This document shows, in pieces, positions 7,334 to 11,267 of a DNA stretch of 11,267 bases (position 1 is its first letter; every line of letters starts with the position of its first letter). The translations under genes and the position numbers were made by a program. The stretch spans positions 1 through 11,267 of the forward strand of contig JAVZXS010000016.1 of assembly GCA_038886535.1 (NCBI GenBank), in the 5' to 3' direction. The stretch comes from Candidatus Micrarchaeia archaeon. Its GTDB lineage: Archaea > Micrarchaeota > Micrarchaeia > CABMEP01. The notes below the pieces were generated by a model. That model saw nothing but the letters and a program-made list of their open reading frames with translations, made no database searches and was not told the origin of the DNA.

Positions 7334-8734
7334 ATGGCAGAAGAGAGAAAAAAGGACTACAGCTTTGAATTATTAGGCGCGTTAGTTCTTTTTCTTCTCT
7401 TAGCCTTACTCTGTTATTTTCATGTTATCTGCCCTCTTCCTTCTTGTCCTGATGGATTGGTTCAGTGTAATAACTGTCCTGGCAATTGTTGTTTGCCAGA
7501 TGGTAGCTGTCCATGTCCAGCCGGTTCAGTTCCATGCAGCACCTATTGTCCTCAAACACTAAATTGCCCTAGTGGGTGTTGCAATATCGATACATGTGCA
7601 TGCACTGCAACTCCACAATGCCCTCCTAATACAGTTTGGAGCGAATCAAGAGGATGTTGTCTGTTCACTTCAGGTCCAAACGCAGGGAAGTGCGCAGAAA
7701 TATGCAATGTTGATCTAAAAAGAGTGACATGTCCTATAAAGGGACTAGATGCATGTGATTCAAACAATTGCTGTCCATTAGGCTCATTGGGATGGGATGA
7801 TTCTCAAAAATGCTGTGTAGATTCATTAGGGACATGCATTCTAAGTTGCTTGATTGACAATACAAGAACCGGTTGTCCAACTCCTGGTGTAAAGGGATGT
7901 GATGCAACAGGCTGCTGTCCAAAGGATACATATTGGGACAGCAAGAAAGAATGTTGCGTTTATGAAAATGGTTTTTGCTATGGGGATCCCTGTGCAGATG
8001 TTCAATGCCCACCAGACCAAGTTTGTATCAATGGAAATTGCAAACTTCAAATCGATCTATGTGAAGGGGTTATTTGCGATGAAGGCCAAATTTGCGATCC
8101 TTTAACTAGGTTGTGCTCAGATCCATGTAAGAATGTGTTCTGTCCTGCAGGCCAAATATGCATTAACGGAAATTGTGAAACTGACCAATGTTACAATGTT
8201 CAGTGTCCAGCAGGCCAGATTTGTATAAATGGAAACTGTATAGATCAATGCGAAGGAAAGATATGTCCAGCAGGGCAGGAGTGTGATCCAGAGACTGGAA
8301 GTTGCAAAGATAAAAAGTGCAGTTCATCAACTCAATGCAGAATCTGTGATTTAGAACTTGGTGTTTGCGGGGGGATTCCAGGTTCAAGCCAATGCTCATC
8401 AGACGATGATTGTAAGAATGTCGAATGCCAGGCTTCAGGTACGTGTGGTATAAGTGGAGGGGTAGGTGGAAATGGAGGAGAAGGCTCTAATTTAGTGAGT
8501 TGCAATTATAAAGGGTCATTTACTCAGTGTCCTTCAGACATAATATGTTCAAATGGATGCGCTGAAGAGATAAAATGTGCAGATCTGCGTCTTCCTGAAG
8601 GTCAGTGCAAAGGAGTAGGAGAAACATGCAGCAGCTCAACAGAATGCTGCTGTGGAAACAGTTGTCAGATTGTAAACGGACAGGGATTCTGCTGTCCAGG
8701 TGGATTATGGCAATGCGGCTATCAATTCGAATAA
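7334..8734 (+). CDS. Membrane-anchored, extremely cysteine-rich repeat surface protein (466 aa)
   Basis: N-terminal hydrophobic helix (LLGALVLFLLLALLCYF), 78 Cys by manual count (about 17%), several repeat classes and a Gly-rich linker. Confidence 0.9.
   Translation: MAEERKKDYSFELLGALVLFLLLALLCYFHVICPLPSCPDGLVQCNNCPGNCCLPDGSCPCPAGSVPCSTYCPQTLNCPSGCCNIDTCACTATPQCPPNTVWSESRGCCLFTSGPNAGKCAEICNVDLKRVTCPIKGLDACDSNNCCPLGSLGWDDSQKCCVDSLGTCILSCLIDNTRTGCPTPGVKGCDATGCCPKDTYWDSKKECCVYENGFCYGDPCADVQCPPDQVCINGNCKLQIDLCEGVICDEGQICDPLTRLCSDPCKNVFCPAGQICINGNCETDQCYNVQCPAGQICINGNCIDQCEGKICPAGQECDPETGSCKDKKCSSSTQCRICDLELGVCGGIPGSSQCSSDDDCKNVECQASGTCGISGGVGGNGGEGSNLVSCNYKGSFTQCPSDIICSNGCAEEIKCADLRLPEGQCKGVGETCSSSTECCCGNSCQIVNGQGFCCPGGLWQCGYQFE
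7619..7978 (+). repeat. Three CP-x4/5-W-x5-CC-xn-G-x-C modules (the last two within about 48-aa units)
   Basis: CPPNTVWSESRGCC, CPLGSLGWDDSQKCC, CPKDTYWDSKKECC. Confidence 0.8.
7985..8305 (+). repeat. Five tandem D-x-C-x4-C-x5-C-x4/6-C modules (about 21 aa)
   Basis: DPCADVQCPPDQVCINGNC, DLCEGVICDEGQICDPLTRLC, DPCKNVFCPAGQICINGNC, DQCYNVQCPAGQICINGNC, DQCEGKICPAGQECDPETGSC. Confidence 0.9.
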
Positions 8735-8778
8735 AATAGATTTTTTAACAAAAACATTAGTAATTTATTTTATTATTT

Positions 8779-10089
8779 TTAGTTATTTTCTGACATTATT
8801 CTTTTAAGTATGTAGTCCTTATCAAATGGGATTAAATCTTCGTATTCTTGTCCTACACCTATAAATAATATCGGAACTCCGGTTGCTTTCTTTACAGATA
8901 TTATAGTTCCACCTTTTGCATCAACATCTAATTTTGTAAGTATAACTCCATCAATTTTTATTGCTTCATTAAACTCTGAAACCTGAATAAGCAATGCATT
9001 TCCCGCTATTCCTTCCCCTACAAAAACTTTCATATTAGGAGAAACCACTCTTTCTATTTTTTTAAGTTGCTCAATTAAATTTCTATTAGTTTCTTGTCTC
9101 CCTGCGCTATCTATTAAAACAATATCCAGGCCCTTTGCCTCAGCATACTTAACTGCATCAAATGCAACTGCAGCAGGGTCAGAGCCATAGTCATGCTTTA
9201 TATATGGGATTTCAAGCCTCTTTGCATGCTCAATGGTCTGCTCTATTGCTGCTGCCCTGAATGTATCTGAAGCAGCGATAACACATTTTAGACCGTTTTT
9301 CTTAAAGTAATGTGCCACTTTCGCTATAGTTGTAGTTTTTCCCGCTCCATTTGGCCCTATGAATAGTATTTTATATGGCCTTCCAGTTGTTTCTTTATAC
9401 TTTTTTACCTCATTTATGAGATCAATTCTTTCTTGTTCTATTACTTTTTCTATTGATTCGTAAATAGAATCTAGTATATATGATTCGATACTGCTTGATT
9501 TAACACTTTTTCCAACAAGTTTCTTCTTCAGGTCGCTTATTATTTCTTCCGCAACAGGAAGGGCTACGTCCGCTGTCAAAAGCTGCATTTCAAAATCCTC
9601 AAGCGCTGTTTTCACATCACTCTCTTTTATTGTAACTTCTGGAGTTATTATTGATTTTACTTTCGTTAGAAAACTAGTCTTAACCTTTATTTCCGCTTCT
9701 TTTAGCTCTGACTGGAGAGGTTTTTCTTTTTTCATTTCTTCTTTAATTTCTCCTTTCTCCAGACCAATGCTTTCTTTCTGGAGTTTTTCCACCTTCTTTT
9801 CGCCTTCTTCTTTTTTTATCTGTTTTTCAGTATGTATTGTAATTACATCTTCTTTTGATATATTTTTGTTTTCTATTTCAACACCTTGTTCTGGAATAGG
9901 AGCAGGTTTTTCCTGCTTAATTTCAATCGTCTTTTGAGTGGTTTCAAGAGTAGCTACTTCTTCAGTTTTCTTTGATTCGCTTATTTCTTCTTTTATTTCT
10001 TCTGATTTTTTCTCTTCTTTTTCACCAGAAATAGATTTTGTAATAGTATTAACTAAACCAGTGATTTTCTTTTTTAAAATTCCAAACAT
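8779..10089 (-). CDS. ftsY: Signal recognition particle receptor FtsY
   Basis: GPNGAGKTTTIAK, DTFRAAA, DPAAVAFDA, DSAGR, TKLDVDAKGG and GVGQ.Y.DL motifs, a charged N-terminal region, and position downstream of pfdA. Confidence 0.97.
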   Translation of the reverse strand: MFGILKKKITGLVNTITKSISGEKEEKKSEEIKEEISESKKTEEVATLETTQKTIEIKQEKPAPIPEQGVEIENKNISKEDVITIHTEKQIKKEEGEKKVEKLQKESIGLEKGEIKEEMKKEKPLQSELKEAEIKVKTSFLTKVKSIITPEVTIKESDVKTALEDFEMQLLTADVALPVAEEIISDLKKKLVGKSVKSSSIESYILDSIYESIEKVIEQERIDLINEVKKYKETTGRPYKILFIGPNGAGKTTTIAKVAHYFKKNGLKCVIAASDTFRAAAIEQTIEHAKRLEIPYIKHDYGSDPAAVAFDAVKYAEAKGLDIVLIDSAGRQETNRNLIEQLKKIERVVSPNMKVFVGEGIAGNALLIQVSEFNEAIKIDGVILTKLDVDAKGGTIISVKKATGVPILFIGVGQEYEDLIPFDKDYILKRIMSENN

Positions 10090-10135
10090 AAAATCACTGA
10101 CTTTAAAAATATCGATAATTAATTATAAATAGAGT

Positions 10136-10555
10136 TTATTCACTTTCCTTTTTTTCTGCCATTATTCTTCTTGCTTCTATGTCTATCTCTTTAAGTCTAT
10201 TTGATATTGCTTCCATACTCTTTATCAGATCATTCTTTGCTTCATCTAATTCTTTTTTCTTCCCTTCTAGGAATTTGATAGCATCTTCAACACTTGTTTC
10301 TGTAAATACATTTGCACCTACATTCATAAGTAATTTATTTGTATCTTTAAGCTCTCCTTTAATAAATATACCTGAACCTATGTTAAACAATGTAAGATTA
10401 TTCTCTCTAAGGGCTCTGAGCGCTTCTATTGTCTTATTTATTTCTGCTTCTACTTGCGCTATTGCCCTCATTTGATTTTCTATTTCACGGGCATAATGCT
10501 GATGATATGAAGCTTCAGCAGCGAGCTGTTCAAATTGTTCTTCTAAACTTACCAT
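10136..10555 (-). CDS. pfdA: Prefoldin alpha subunit
   Basis: Coiled coil, two beta-hairpins (LFNIGSGIFIKG, LLMNVGANVFTE), coiled coil. Lies in the conserved rpl18a-pfdA-ftsY order. Confidence 0.93.
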   Translation of the reverse strand: MVSLEEQFEQLAAEASYHQHYAREIENQMRAIAQVEAEINKTIEALRALRENNLTLFNIGSGIFIKGELKDTNKLLMNVGANVFTETSVEDAIKFLEGKKKELDEAKNDLIKSMEAISNRLKEIDIEARRIMAEKKESE

Positions 10556-10567
10556 AAAATCACTAGT

Positions 10568-10741
10568 TCACATCTTTTCTACTTTTTCTATTGTAATATC
10601 TTTTCTTCTTAAGCCATGGGCATTTCCCATAATTGAATACAATTTATGAGTTGCAAATTTCTCGTTTTCAGCTTCGATTATCTTACTAAATTTTTGTTCT
10701 TTATTTTTTATTTTCATCTTTCCGATTATTCTGAACTTCAT
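10568..10741 (-). CDS. rpl18a: 50S ribosomal protein eL20 (L18Ae/LX)
   Basis: F.I.G......KF.K.IEA.NE..A....YS..G..H...R..I.I..V pattern. SD GGTGA 5 nt before ATG 10741. Synteny with pfdA. Confidence 0.92.
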   Translation of the reverse strand: MKFRIIGKMKIKNKEQKFSKIIEAENEKFATHKLYSIMGNAHGLRRKDITIEKVEKM

Positions 10742-10759
10742 GTCATTCACCTTTTTTGC

Positions 10760-10788
10760 TATATTCGATAAATATATTCAATAAATAT
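10760..10788. repeat. 13-bp tandem repeat (2.2 copies, 1 mismatch) upstream of rpl18a
   Basis: TATATTCGATAAA TATATTCAATAAA TAT. Confidence 0.7.
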
Positions 10789-10789
10789 G

Positions 10790-11134
10790 TTAATGAACTT
10801 TCAATCCATTTTCAGTTTTCTCACTTGTGGTTATAAGTATTATCTTTCCTTCTGAATTTTCAACAGCTAAAAGCATTCCATTAGATTCAACACCCCTAAT
10901 CTTTCTAGGTTCTAAATTTGCCACAATAATTATTTGTTTTCCTATTATCTCTTCCGGCTTATACATTTGTGCTATTCCTGCAACGAGCTGTCTTTGTTCG
11001 TATCCTAAGTCTATTTTTAGTTTCAATAATTTGTCTGAGCCTTCTATTTTTTCAGCTTCTAATACTGTTGCAGTTCTTAGATCAATTTTTAAAAAAGTAT
11101 TATAATCAATTTTTTCTGAAACATTTTGTTCCAA
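10790..11134 (-). CDS. Stand-alone tRNA-binding OB-fold protein (Trbp111 / MetRS C-terminal domain / CsaA family)
   Basis: I.Y..F.KIDLR.A.V..AE....SDKLLKL.IDLG...RQLVAGI, ANL.PRK.RG..S.GMLLA motifs. TTG start 4 nt after a GGTGA SD. Confidence 0.92.
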   Translation of the reverse strand: MEQNVSEKIDYNTFLKIDLRTATVLEAEKIEGSDKLLKLKIDLGYEQRQLVAGIAQMYKPEEIIGKQIIIVANLEPRKIRGVESNGMLLAVENSEGKIILITTSEKTENGLKVH

Positions 11135-11151
11135 ACTATCACCATAAAAGT

Positions 11152-11267
11152 TTACATGAATCCTAATGAATCAATGATTCTTTGTTGCTCAAATGCAGTA
11201 GTAGATTCTCCAAAGATTACAGAATGATTATTTCCAACAAGGCATAGAGATACAAATGGAACACCAC
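11152..11267 (-). CDS. eif6: Translation initiation factor 6 (aIF6), C-terminal 37 aa (gene extends beyond the window, absent from ORF track)
   Basis: Minus-strand frame reads GVPFVSLCLVGNNHSVIFGESTTAFEQQRIIDSLGFM*, matching the aIF6 C-terminal pattern G.P.V....+.N.....+G..TT..E...I...LG. It occupies the expected place upstream of rpl18a-pfdA-ftsY. Confidence 0.85.
   Translation of the reverse strand, partial: GVPFVSLCLVGNNHSVIFGESTTAFEQQRIIDSLGFM

Noticed and set aside
7334..7432. Class III (pilin-like) signal peptide or lipobox in the Cys-rich protein
   Set aside because: RKKDYSFE lacks the Gly/Ala at the cleavage site, and LALLC does not match the L-[AS]-[GA]-C lipobox. Treated as a plain signal or anchor.
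7334..8734. Higher GC as evidence of horizontal transfer
   Set aside because: Adequately explained by the Cys/Gly/Pro-rich composition.
7334..8734. Multiheme cytochrome or polyferredoxin
   Set aside because: No CxxCH motifs and no CxxCxxCxxxCP ferredoxin motifs.
9650..10089. Long charged N-terminal region of FtsY as a novel domain
   Set aside because: Variable Glu/Lys-rich N-terminal regions are a normal FtsY feature.
10115..10126. Palindrome ATAATTAATTAT between pfdA and ftsY
   Set aside because: A/T-only and expected by chance in this composition. It may simply be part of an internal ftsY promoter.
1087..11166. Alternative ORFs in the track (1087-1317, 5540-5842, 7552-7767, 7734-8012, 7841-8050, 7899-8105, 8163-8399, 9938-10132, 10179-10475, 10827-11105, 10969-11166)
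   Set aside because: All are antisense or off-frame shadows of well-supported genes, with no recognisable motifs.

Overview
AT-rich archaeal chromosomal window. GGTGA/GGTGG Shine-Dalgarno motifs, TATA/BRE promoters, an intron-containing tRNA and archaeal-type genes indicate an archaeon. A DPANN lineage is plausible but only inferred. Left to right: 3' part of an endonuclease Q (TIGR00375-type PHP) gene, a small PRC-barrel (CdpB-like) gene, tRNA-Leu(UAA) with a 37-nt intron, a 1428-aa secreted membrane-anchored protein, a 58-aa hyper-acidic microprotein missed by the ORF track, a tRNA-splicing endonuclease homologue with no histidine, a divergent histone-fold protein with an acidic tail and C-terminal coiled coil, a 466-aa membrane-anchored protein with 78 Cys, and the archaeal eif6-rpl18a(eL20)-pfdA-ftsY cluster with a stand-alone tRNA-binding OB-fold gene between eif6 and rpl18a. 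The most interesting candidate system is the 6021-7302 trio (acidic microprotein, degenerate EndA, histone variant), together with the two-fold tRNA intron. All family calls come from motif recognition by eye, with no database searches.
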